Assembly (NCBI GenBank): GCA_905372835.1
Contig: CAJPQK010000001.1
Coordinates: forward strand, 360,336 to 424,335
DNA from: Candidatus Saccharimonadota bacterium
GTDB taxonomy: Bacteria; Patescibacteriota; Saccharimonadia; Saccharimonadales; Saccharimonadaceae
Direction of reading: 5' to 3'
DNA length: 64,000 bases
Position 1 is the first letter of the stretch. Every line of letters starts with the position of its first letter. The notes under the pieces are model-generated. The model was not told the origin of the DNA and did no database searches. It saw only the letters and a list, made by a program, of their open reading frames with translations. This document shows, in pieces, positions 27,650-36,342 of this stretch. Position numbers and translations under genes: made by a program.

Positions 27650-28609
27650 ATGGCAGTACGTGGTAAAGCGCTGGGGATAACAATAGCCGGTGTCGTGGTG
27701 GTGCTGGTCGCAGTGTCTATTGCTTGGGTGTTCCTGTGTCCAAGCCGTAGTGCTGACCTGCAAAAGGCTCACATCCAGCGGCGTGATTATGACCAGTCGG
27801 TGAAAGATATTCAAAAGGTCATTGCTGATGATGCGGCTCATGGTGAAGTACGTCCAGAATCTCGCCCGATCATTAAAACTCACGGCAAGAAAACCGCGCG
27901 GGCGGTGATGATTCTTCATGGCGTCAGCGGTGAGCCGTCGGCGATGGCGGAATTGGCGGATTGGTTTTACCAAGCGGGCTACAATGTGTACGTGCCACGA
28001 GCACCACATCACGGCCTGAAGGACGGCAAGCAACACGGCAAAGTTCGCGCCAGTGAATTGGTGAATTTTATGAGTGATAGTGCTGGGCTGGTCAGCGGGC
28101 TGGGCGATGAGCTAGGCGTGATTGGCCATTCGGGCGGCGGTACGCTGGCGACGTGGTTGGCACAATATGGCGATGGATTGTTTTCGCGGGTGCTGCTACT
28201 TTCGCCGTACTATGAGCCGGATGCTTCTCAGGCACCAAAGTGGCAAGTGGCACTGCTGCGTAATGTCTATGGTAATCATCTGCTGCCAGACCAGTTCTTT
28301 GACGGTGCTTTGTCATACCGGGCATTAGCAAATTATGTCATCATCAAGCAGAATTATCGCAGCGATTTGAAAGCTCAAGGGTTAAAGCACGTTGGTTTGA
28401 TCATCGGTAGCGAGGACCGTTTGATTGACGGTGCCATGGCAAGTAACATTGCAGAAAAGATGGCCAAAAACAGCGACGCTAGCTTGACGCACGAAACGAC
28501 ACCGGCACATATGGGCGTTGGACATGAATTGATATGGCCAGGGGACAAGGCTGTGAAGCAATACAAAAAAGAATTGTACGACATGTACGTACGGGTGTAC
28601 GAGCGGTGA
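27650..28609 (+). CDS. membrane-anchored alpha/beta hydrolase (carboxylesterase-like)
   Basis: GGAGG at 27639-27643 then ATG at 27650. N-terminal TM helix, ILHGVSG oxyanion region, GHSGGG nucleophile elbow. Confidence 0.8.
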   Translation: MAVRGKALGITIAGVVVVLVAVSIAWVFLCPSRSADLQKAHIQRRDYDQSVKDIQKVIADDAAHGEVRPESRPIIKTHGKKTARAVMILHGVSGEPSAMAELADWFYQAGYNVYVPRAPHHGLKDGKQHGKVRASELVNFMSDSAGLVSGLGDELGVIGHSGGGTLATWLAQYGDGLFSRVLLLSPYYEPDASQAPKWQVALLRNVYGNHLLPDQFFDGALSYRALANYVIIKQNYRSDLKAQGLKHVGLIIGSEDRLIDGAMASNIAEKMAKNSDASLTHETTPAHMGVGHELIWPGDKAVKQYKKELYDMYVRVYER

Positions 28610-29256
28610 ACATCCTCCTTGTTGAAGACGAACCGGCAGTTCGCACTGGCACCGAGCAGTTCCTCCGCCAGCGCGGTTTTACGGTGGTGACGGCGACTAG
28701 CGGCGAGGAGGCGCTTGATAAGTTCGCTGGGGCGGATGTGATTGTCCTTGACATCATGCTACCAGGGATGAGTGGCATTGAGGTATTGCATCAAATTCGC
28801 CAGACCAGCGATGTGCCGGTACTGATGTTGACGGCGCTGCATGATGAGCCGACGCAAATTGCCAGTTTTGACGAGCTAGCGGACGATTATATGAGTAAGC
28901 CGTTCTCGCTGGTGATTTTGGAAAAGCGAATTAAGGCGTTACTCCGTCGCCAGCAGTCTGTCAAAAAAACCTTGTGGCAGCGCGGCCTGGCCTCGGTGGA
29001 TTTTGCGGCGTATCAGGGATTTTATAATGACACTGACGCACACCTCAAGCCCAAGGAGGTGCAACTCCTCAAGTTGCTCGTCGATAATCCAAACATGGTC
29101 TGGAGCCGGCAGGCTATCATTGACAAGTTGTGGCGTGATGACGAGGTGCCGTTCGACCGAGTGATTGATGTTTACATCAAAAACTTACGCAAGAAATTAC
29201 ACCTGGATTGCATCATCACGGTGAAGGGAGTGGGCTATCGCTATGAAGCGGCTTAA
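28606..29256 (+). CDS. OmpR-family response regulator
   Basis: The GTG at 28606 overlaps the hydrolase stop (GTGA). VNILLVEDEP, DVIVLDIMLPGMSG receiver motifs, winged-helix C-terminus (ITVKGVGYRY). Confidence 0.9.
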   Translation: MNILLVEDEPAVRTGTEQFLRQRGFTVVTATSGEEALDKFAGADVIVLDIMLPGMSGIEVLHQIRQTSDVPVLMLTALHDEPTQIASFDELADDYMSKPFSLVILEKRIKALLRRQQSVKKTLWQRGLASVDFAAYQGFYNDTDAHLKPKEVQLLKLLVDNPNMVWSRQAIIDKLWRDDEVPFDRVIDVYIKNLRKKLHLDCIITVKGVGYRYEAA

Positions 29257-30628
29257 ATTATTCCCCAAAACGTTCTTGGTGTCAATTGGCTTGTTCGCGG
29301 CGTTGATCATCCTGGTGCATGCGCTGGTCTACACCTTGATGCCGCAATTTTATCTGCAACAAAAAGAGCGTGAGGCGGCGGACAATCTCACGGCGCTCGT
29401 GGCTGAACTACGCGGTAAATCAACCGAGGAAATGCGTCGTCTCAGCCAGGAGTTTGCTCAGGTGAAAAATGTTAATATCACGCTGACAATTGACGGACGC
29501 GACCAGTATTTTCAAGGTTTTCAGTCGATCAACATCGTGACGGATAGCGGTAAATTGGTTGACACCAGCGTGGTAAAAATCGCTGATGGACAAACGGTCG
29601 ATCCGCGCTCGGTGATTTTGCGGCAGGGCAGCGCGGTGAACAACCAAGGTCAAGCGATTGCGGTCAAGCTACTGGCCGACGTGGCACCTGTCACCCAAGC
29701 CAAGCTCGCCACTCTGCAGGTATTGCCATATACCATGATCGGTTCGCTGTTGGTGGCACTGCTGTTTTCCTACGTCTACAGTCGTTTTGTGACGCGGCCG
29801 ATTCGTCAGATGGCGGCGGTAACCACGACCATGCAGCGGCTGGAAAAGGACGCGCACTACCCGGTGAATAGTAGTGATGAAATCGGCGTGCTGGGGCGGA
29901 ACATCAATGAGCTCTATCAAAATCTGTGGCAAACGATTCGTTCGCTGGAGCATGAGAATAAGCGGATCACCCAGCTTGAGAAAGAGAAAATCGCCTTCCT
30001 CCGTGCGGCCTCGCACGAGTTGAAAACGCCATTGGCGGCGCTACGGATCATGCTTGAAAATATGCAGCTCAACATCGGTGAATATAAAAATCGTGATCAG
30101 TACCTAGCAGAATCGGTGGCACAGGTTGACCACTTGGCGGCGATGGTGAATGATGTCTTGCATTCTGGAAGTGTGGCCGAGCAGGCTTTGCGTCAAGAAA
30201 AGCGGCTGAGGGTTGATAAGCTAATCACTGAAGTGGTTGACGACTATACACTGCTGGCGAAAACACGCGGCATGACTTTCACGGTTAATACAGAGCCAAC
30301 GACCATTCGTGCCAACCGCGACATGATGCGCCACGTCATCTCGAATCTGGTGTCAAATGCGGTGCGCCACGGCGACGCCGGGAGTGTGATAAAACTTACC
30401 TGCGACCAGCATGAGCTGGCCACCGAAAACGCTTGCAAACCACTCACCAAGCAGCAACTCCAGCACGTCTTCGATCCGTTTTATCGGAGCAGTGACGGCA
30501 CGAAGCAACATGCAGACAGCAGCGGCATCGGCCTCTACACTGTGAAAATGCTACTCGACGCTAAGGGTCTGGATTATGAGTTTGCGCCGCACGGGCGGGG
30601 TATGCGGTTTGTGGTAAGATTTGAGTAG
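29243..30628 (+). CDS. sensor histidine kinase
   Basis: Two TM helices flanking a periplasmic-like loop, HAMP-like segment, H-box AASHELKTPL, N and G boxes (NAVRHG, SSGIGLY). Confidence 0.9.
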   Translation: MKRLKLFPKTFLVSIGLFAALIILVHALVYTLMPQFYLQQKEREAADNLTALVAELRGKSTEEMRRLSQEFAQVKNVNITLTIDGRDQYFQGFQSINIVTDSGKLVDTSVVKIADGQTVDPRSVILRQGSAVNNQGQAIAVKLLADVAPVTQAKLATLQVLPYTMIGSLLVALLFSYVYSRFVTRPIRQMAAVTTTMQRLEKDAHYPVNSSDEIGVLGRNINELYQNLWQTIRSLEHENKRITQLEKEKIAFLRAASHELKTPLAALRIMLENMQLNIGEYKNRDQYLAESVAQVDHLAAMVNDVLHSGSVAEQALRQEKRLRVDKLITEVVDDYTLLAKTRGMTFTVNTEPTTIRANRDMMRHVISNLVSNAVRHGDAGSVIKLTCDQHELATENACKPLTKQQLQHVFDPFYRSSDGTKQHADSSGIGLYTVKMLLDAKGLDYEFAPHGRGMRFVVRFE

Positions 30629-30637
30629 GAGGATGTA

Positions 30638-31213
30638 ATGGACAGAGAGCTAGAGAAAATGAGTTTGGAAGAATTGTGGCAATTATTCCCCATATTTCTT
30701 GTAGAACACAATAGAGAATGGGCACGCTGGTATGATGAGGAAGTGAAAGCCATCTCCTCATTGGTGCCAGAAAAATACATAACACGAATATCTCACATTG
30801 GTAGCACGGCCATCCCAAATATACAGGCAAAGAATATAGTAGATATATTGCTTGAAGTCCCGTCGGAAGAAGAATTAGAGCCTGTAAAAAATATTCTTGT
30901 TGAAAATAATTGGTTGTGCATGAGTGAGAAAGCAAAACGAATCTCATTGAATAAGGGATATACCAAACAGGGCTTTGCGGATAAGGTATTTCATCTCCAC
31001 ATTAGGGTTATGGGGGATAATGATGAGATCTACTTTAGGGATTATCTAATTGAGAATGGAGACATTGCCAAACAATATGAGAAATTGAAACTACAACTTT
31101 GGAAGGAATTTGAGCATGATAGAGATGGATATACTGATGCAAAAAGCGATTTTATCAGAAAGTATACTAAGATAGCTAGAGAAAAATACAGATCCAATAA
31201 CAGGTCGTCTTAA
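30638..31213 (+). CDS. GrpB family (nucleotidyltransferase-fold, UPF0157) protein
   Basis: HIGSTAIPNIQAKNIVDILLEV and HLHI motifs are typical of GrpB. Visibly more AT-rich than its neighbours. Confidence 0.8.
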   Translation: MDRELEKMSLEELWQLFPIFLVEHNREWARWYDEEVKAISSLVPEKYITRISHIGSTAIPNIQAKNIVDILLEVPSEEELEPVKNILVENNWLCMSEKAKRISLNKGYTKQGFADKVFHLHIRVMGDNDEIYFRDYLIENGDIAKQYEKLKLQLWKEFEHDRDGYTDAKSDFIRKYTKIAREKYRSNNRSS

Positions 31214-31354
31214 ATTGTGAGTAGTAAAGTCGTCAAACAGACTCTCAGCCCCTGCTTTACATAAAGATTCCGCCGTCAGCATATCATGCTGAAGCGCTGG
31301 CTGTCTGTGCTAAAATTAAATCATAGATGGATTCATTTTAGTGGCAGTAAAATT

Positions 31355-31774
31355 TTGAAGTATAAATCTGTCAAACTAAAAAATCCAGCCAAGCCAGCTG
31401 ATCCGCCAAAGTATTATGCCCGCGAATCGGAAGCTGTCCGCATTAACCTCCCCGAACTCGCCGATAACATCACCCGTCATTCTACCACCGTTAGCAAGAC
31501 GGATATCCAGGCGGTTCTGACGATTTTGGGCGAGGAATTAGCGTCGCTGCTAGTCAAAGGTCATAGTGTACACTTGGGCGAGCTTGGTTATTTCCACGTT
31601 ACGCTCAAATCCAAAGGCGTCGCCGAAGAAAAAGACGTCAATCTCAGCCTCATCGAGGAGGCCAAAGTTCGTTTCGTGGCAGGCTCAGTCATAGAAAAAG
31701 AAATCAAGAACGCCAAATTCGAAAAGGCCGCCGAGCCGAAGAAAGAGACGCCAAAGCCAGCGCTAGGGGTGTAG
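31355..31774 (+). CDS. long HU-like DNA-binding protein (type common in Bacteroidota)
   Basis: KYKSVKLKNPAKPADPPKYYA...TVSKTDIQAVLTILGEELASLLVKGHSVHLGELGYFHVTLKS. Start uncertain. TGcTAAAAT at 31306-31314 lies downstream of the track ATG (31286), so the in-frame TTG at 31355 is preferred. Confidence 0.6.
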   Translation: MKYKSVKLKNPAKPADPPKYYARESEAVRINLPELADNITRHSTTVSKTDIQAVLTILGEELASLLVKGHSVHLGELGYFHVTLKSKGVAEEKDVNLSLIEEAKVRFVAGSVIEKEIKNAKFEKAAEPKKETPKPALGV

Positions 31775-31880
31775 GTCGTCCGGGGATAATGGATAGGTTG
31801 GGACGCGGGGCGGTGAATGCTTCGCACCCCTTCGTGTGTTTTATGGCAAGAATAGATATTTATTGTGCTAGAATGGACAC

Positions 31881-32183
31881 ATGAAGACCGACGACAAATA
31901 TATTCATCAAGCTATCATTGCTCGCGAAATCATTGATCTCTACCGAAATTCGCAAGACAAACGCGAGACGGCTGAGTCTCTTGATGTATTGTGTTTTGCA
32001 ATGGCACGGCTGACCGACTGCGATAAAGTTGACTATCCAACAATTGGCTGGGATGATTTGGCAAGTAACTTTGATGGCATAGCAACATCCCAAGCTAGTG
32101 ATGTGTCGGCTATACGAAAGATAGAAAATGATATAGAGTCTACATATAAAAGATATTCAAGGATTATAGAGAAGAATAACTAG
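31881..32183 (+). CDS. hypothetical protein (100 aa), no recognised family
   Basis: TGcTAGAAT at 31866-31874 lies 6 nt upstream of the ATG. AT-rich coding region. Confidence 0.5.
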   Translation: MKTDDKYIHQAIIAREIIDLYRNSQDKRETAESLDVLCFAMARLTDCDKVDYPTIGWDDLASNFDGIATSQASDVSAIRKIENDIESTYKRYSRIIEKNN

Positions 32184-32190
32184 GTTGAGC

Positions 32191-32227
32191 GGGAGGTGTG
32201 CAAGCAGAAACTGAATGCACACCTCCC
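32191..32227. terminator. 12-bp perfect hairpin between convergent orphan genes
   Basis: GGGAGGTGTGCA (32191-32202) / TGCACACCTCCC (32216-32227), 13-nt loop, no U-tract on either side. Confidence 0.55.
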
Positions 32228-32233
32228 TGATGA

Positions 32234-32623
32234 CTACCGAGCGTCACTGGGAGGGTAGTGTCGGGACTTTGCGCCTCGCGATACATTCTGATTTGTCCAG
32301 TGGACCTTGCGGTCGCCGTTAGGACCAGTATCCCTGGAGAGACGGTAACCGTCCTCGTAGTACTGGGTGTTGTGCTCTCGGCCACCATCTCGGCGTGCAA
32401 ACACGCCGCTAGCGCCAATGGGCTCAGACCCGGTTCGCGCCCCACGATCGTAGAGTGTAGAAAGGGAAGAGGCGGTACACCTGATAGTTCCATCAGACTG
32501 TACGACAAATTCCTTACCACAGTTCGTCCTGACGACCTGCCCAGGGTAGAGCCCGAGGTTGGAGAATGGCTCGAAGACATCTCCGACCTGAGCGTCGCGG
32601 ATTTCTCTCATGTTCGACAACAC
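32234..32623 (-). CDS. hypothetical protein (129 aa), GC-rich orphan
   Basis: GAAGGAG Shine-Dalgarno upstream of TTG 32623 / ATG 32611. Varied amino-acid composition. Competing long ORFs in two other frames are attributed to local high GC. Confidence 0.5.
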   Translation of the reverse strand: MLSNMREIRDAQVGDVFEPFSNLGLYPGQVVRTNCGKEFVVQSDGTIRCTASSLSTLYDRGARTGSEPIGASGVFARRDGGREHNTQYYEDGYRLSRDTGPNGDRKVHWTNQNVSRGAKSRHYPPSDAR

Positions 32624-33037
32624 ACTCCTTCAGATAGTGTCGATGCTAGCTTTTAAGCTGCACGCTACCGGATCTCGGTAGTCTATTCTGATCCTATAAC
32701 CTATCTTCTATACTGTCAATACTTCTTATCTTGTTAAGCAAGGTCACGTCGAAGACACGTATTTGTTATAGTCGCACTCTATAGGTGCGACTATTTATGG
32801 TTGAAATCAAAAATTACTAGTATTACTGACATTCTTGAGGCAAACTAGAATACACAAAGGCCAGAAACAGCGTTCGGTCGAAATCTTAGGCTTGTCTGGC
32901 CATGGTGATGCTGTAATTATAGCAAAATGCATGCATTATATATTGGTTTTGTACTCGAACTCACTATAAGCCTCTCTCATTTCACATTCCCTTCACACGA
33001 GCCTGCTACACTGACATAGAACCAAGAAAGGAGATCT

Positions 33038-34420
33038 ATGTCATTTTTGCAACGTGCCTGGTTGTATATCACCAGGAAAAAACTCAAAACGCTGATTTTG
33101 CTGGCGATTTTGCTGTGTATGTCGACGATTATGCTGAGTGGATTTGCCATCAAGCATTCGACCGACGCGGCGGCGCAGTCGCTAGACAAAACGCTCAAGG
33201 CCGGCTTCACGCTGGGCAATAATCCGCGCACTAATCAAGGAACAGCTCGCGGTTCGGGAACGGTGTCGAATAAAGACATCGACGCGGTGAAGAATCTGGA
33301 AGGCGTGACAGACTATGTCAAGCGCCAGAACGCCACGGTCGATTTTATCAATACCAAGCTGGTGCCACTGCTGAGCGGCGGTAGCGGCTATGACGCCCAG
33401 AAAGACAAGCAGTTTGGCAACGCCGCGACCATCATCGGCGTCAATAAATCTGAGTCCGAAAAAAAGTTCCGGGCCGAGTCGCTCAAGCTCATCGCTGGCC
33501 GACACATCACCGAAAACGATTCGCACAAGATTTTGGTGCACGAAGATTTTGCCAAGGCTAACAACCTGAAGCTTGGCAGCAAAATCAAGCTGAAGGCCAA
33601 TCAATACGACACCGACAACGAGCATCCATCCAAGGACGAGGTGGAAGTGGAAATCGTCGGTATATTTAACGGCAAGAACCCAAAGCAGGTGACGTACCAG
33701 GTGGAGCTGTTCGAGAATTTGTTCCTGACTGACATCGCGACGACCCGCCATTTGAATGCGTATACCGAGCAAAATGAGATTTACCAAGACGCCACGTTCT
33801 TCACCAAAGGCACCAAGCAGCTGGATGAAGTAATGGCGCGGGCAAATAAATTGCCGGTCAATTGGCAAAAGTATCAATTGAATAAGAATAGCCAGGAGCT
33901 CGCTGGTGTGACTGGCGCAGTGAACGGCGTGTACGGTCTGATTGACGGTATGCTGTGGGCAACGGCATTGGTCAGTGTCGCGGTAATCGGCATGGTATTG
34001 TACCTATGGATGAATGAGCGTAAGCGCGAGGCGGGCGTGCTGTTGGCGACGGGAGTGCCGCAGTCAAAGATTGTGTTGCAATACATCGCCGAGCTGGTGA
34101 TGATCGCGGTGCTGAGCTTCGGTGCGTCGTACTTTACCGCAGGGCTGATTGCCCAGCAAATGGGTGACCACGTGGTGTCGCAGGCGGCACAGAGCGCCAC
34201 ACGTCAAGCGGGTAGTTCCCTCAACGGTGCGTCGCTTGGTGCTGACGCTGACTCGGTGACGTCATCACGCACGCTAGATAAGGTGACGGTTGGCGTACAA
34301 CCGACGGATCTGTTGGCGGTATGGGGCGCTGGGCTGGCGGTGATTATCATCGCGGTGCTGCTGGCTTCGCGGCCGATTACTCAGTCAACGCCAAAAGAAT
34401 TACTAACCGAAGTGGACTAG
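33038..34420 (+). CDS. ABC transporter permease, FtsX/MacB type (permease 1)
   Basis: AAGGAG Shine-Dalgarno. TM1, a large extracytoplasmic domain, then 3 C-terminal TM helices (the FtsX fold arrangement). Confidence 0.85.
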   Translation: MSFLQRAWLYITRKKLKTLILLAILLCMSTIMLSGFAIKHSTDAAAQSLDKTLKAGFTLGNNPRTNQGTARGSGTVSNKDIDAVKNLEGVTDYVKRQNATVDFINTKLVPLLSGGSGYDAQKDKQFGNAATIIGVNKSESEKKFRAESLKLIAGRHITENDSHKILVHEDFAKANNLKLGSKIKLKANQYDTDNEHPSKDEVEVEIVGIFNGKNPKQVTYQVELFENLFLTDIATTRHLNAYTEQNEIYQDATFFTKGTKQLDEVMARANKLPVNWQKYQLNKNSQELAGVTGAVNGVYGLIDGMLWATALVSVAVIGMVLYLWMNERKREAGVLLATGVPQSKIVLQYIAELVMIAVLSFGASYFTAGLIAQQMGDHVVSQAAQSATRQAGSSLNGASLGADADSVTSSRTLDKVTVGVQPTDLLAVWGAGLAVIIIAVLLASRPITQSTPKELLTEVD

Positions 34421-34426
34421 AGGCGA

Positions 34427-35668
34427 ATGATGACGATTATCAAACGAGCCTGGACGGCTGTGGCGCGCAAACGGCGTCGCAGCCTGACCATCGCCCTGAT
34501 TATGACGCTGATTTTCACGCTACTGATCGGCACACTGACGGTGCAGCAGACGATGGCGCAGCTGAAGCAATCGGTCGAGCGAAACATCCGTGCCGGCTTT
34601 AGTATCGCCAGTAAGCAGCCGTCGGGCGAGGTGCCGATGGATATCGCGCAGCGGGTGCAGCACCTGGACAAGGCCAAAGCACATAATTTCCAATCAGAGA
34701 CCACCGCGGGACTGCCAGGCAAACAATTGATCGACACGGCAGGCAGCGGCGTGCAGCTGGACGCTAACGTGGCTGGCGAGGCGAAGGTGACGGGCGCGAC
34801 ACAGAGCGATCTGCTCGGCGAGTTCACCGGTCGATTCTACCAACTGGAGCAGGGTAAGCACTTGACCGAGCGCGACCAAAATGCGGCCCTGATTCACAAA
34901 ACGTTTGCCGAGAAAAACGATATCAAGCCAGGCGACAAGCTGGACATCACCAAAGACGGCCGGCGCGTGACGGTGACTGTCGCAGGAATTTTCAGTGGCA
35001 AAGGCGAAAAGCCAGCGGTCTTGCAGTCCGACATGGCGGAGAATCATCTCATCACTAATTTGGCCGCAGCGCAGCAGCTGACGGGTAGCCAGCAGCTAAC
35101 GCGAGCGACGTATTTCGCCGAAAATCCGCATCAGCTGAAGTCGCTAACAGACCACACCAAAAGCCTACCAAACGTCGATTGGCAGAAATTCAGCCTGACT
35201 GACAACGGGGCCGTGTTCGCTGGGGTTCTCCAAAACATCGCTGGCATTCAAAACATTTTGACGATTGCCGCCATCGGTGCAGCCGTGGCAGGGTTGGCGG
35301 TGCTGTCACTGGTGCTGGTGTTCTGGGTGCGCGGCCGCTTGCATGAAATTGGCATCTTGCTGTCCATCGGCACGTCAAAGCGGCAGATTATCGGGCAGCT
35401 CTTGGCGGAGCTTGCCATCATTGCCGCAGTTAGCTCGGTGTTCGCGCTCGCCATCGGCTCGGTCGCCTCGTCGCAGATTTCTACCGCCCTCACAGCGCAA
35501 ACCGACCAAAGCCAGCGCGTAGAAAAGACTGTGGTGCAAGCCACGCCAATAGCGACCTACCTGCAGGCTTTCGCCTTCGGCTACGTAGTCGTTCTGCTAT
35601 CAGCCATCGCTGCCACCGCGCCAATCATGCACCAATCACCAAAGAAAATTTTAGCAACATTAAGTTAG
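34427..35668 (+). CDS. ABC transporter permease, FtsX/MacB type (permease 2)
   Basis: Same topology as the upstream permease, including C-terminal RLHEIGILLSIGTSKRQI (a typical FtsX cytoplasmic loop). Confidence 0.85.
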   Translation: MMTIIKRAWTAVARKRRRSLTIALIMTLIFTLLIGTLTVQQTMAQLKQSVERNIRAGFSIASKQPSGEVPMDIAQRVQHLDKAKAHNFQSETTAGLPGKQLIDTAGSGVQLDANVAGEAKVTGATQSDLLGEFTGRFYQLEQGKHLTERDQNAALIHKTFAEKNDIKPGDKLDITKDGRRVTVTVAGIFSGKGEKPAVLQSDMAENHLITNLAAAQQLTGSQQLTRATYFAENPHQLKSLTDHTKSLPNVDWQKFSLTDNGAVFAGVLQNIAGIQNILTIAAIGAAVAGLAVLSLVLVFWVRGRLHEIGILLSIGTSKRQIIGQLLAELAIIAAVSSVFALAIGSVASSQISTALTAQTDQSQRVEKTVVQATPIATYLQAFAFGYVVVLLSAIAATAPIMHQSPKKILATLS

Positions 35669-35676
35669 GAGTTATC

Positions 35677-36342
35677 ATGTCATTACTTACGTTACGCGAT
35701 ATTATTTATTCATACGCCGACGGTACGAGCAATGTGCTCAACGGCATCAATTATCAATTTGAAAAAGGCAAGTTCTACGCCATCGTCGGTAGTTCTGGCG
35801 CTGGTAAATCGACCCTGCTCGGGCTGCTAGCCGGGTTGGATACGCCAACCGGCGGGCAGATTTTGTTCGACGATGAAGATATCGCCGAGCAGGGATATTC
35901 CCATCATCGCAAGCACAATATCTCGCTGGTGTTTCAGAATTATAACCTGATCGATTATCTGACGCCGCTGGAAAACTTGAAATTGGTGAATGCCAAGGCC
36001 ACTAACGAAACGCTACATGCCATGGGTCTGGACGACGATCACATTCACCGCAACGTCATGAAACTTTCTGGCGGCCAGCAACAACGCGTGGCGATCGGCC
36101 GAGCCCTCGTCTCGCATGCACCGATCATCTTGGCGGACGAGCCGACCGGCAACCTCGACGAAACTACCGCTGCTGACATCATCGACATCTTGCGCCGGGC
36201 CGCCCACGAAAACGACAAATGCGTCATCGTCGTCACCCACAGCAAACAGCTGGCTAAAGAGGCGGATGTGGTGTTGACACTGAAAAATAAATTACTCCAA
36301 GGGGGCAAGCAAGATAAAAAATCAGCCCGTAAGAAAGCTTAA
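35677..36342 (+). CDS. ABC transporter ATP-binding protein (MacB/LolD-like)
   Basis: Walker A GSSGAGKST, signature LSGGQQQRVAIGRAL, Walker B ILADEPTGNLD. Confidence 0.93.
   Translation: MSLLTLRDIIYSYADGTSNVLNGINYQFEKGKFYAIVGSSGAGKSTLLGLLAGLDTPTGGQILFDDEDIAEQGYSHHRKHNISLVFQNYNLIDYLTPLENLKLVNAKATNETLHAMGLDDDHIHRNVMKLSGGQQQRVAIGRALVSHAPIILADEPTGNLDETTAADIIDILRRAAHENDKCVIVVTHSKQLAKEADVVLTLKNKLLQGGKQDKKSARKKA

Noticed and set aside
27278-28036. 252-aa minus-strand ORF
   Set aside because: It lies antisense to the HIT and alpha/beta hydrolase genes. The composition is His/Pro/Arg-rich and not protein-like.
32250-32275. Possible RNase P RNA, suggested by minus-sense GAGGCGCAAAGTCCCGAC resembling the CR-I GAGGAAAGUCC motif inside a GC-rich block
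   Set aside because: The match is interrupted (an extra CGC). No CR-V-like ACAGAACCCGGCUUA counterpart or P4 pairing partner was found on either strand. A protein-coding explanation with a Shine-Dalgarno exists.
32657-33037. Small peptide (bacteriocin-like) precursor upstream of the FtsX ABC transporter
   Set aside because: The only plus-strand ATG-initiated ORFs are 4-13 codons long with no Shine-Dalgarno. No credible precursor gene was found.
33182-33877. 231-aa minus-strand ORF
   Set aside because: It lies antisense to the FtsX permease 1 extracytoplasmic domain. No independent support.
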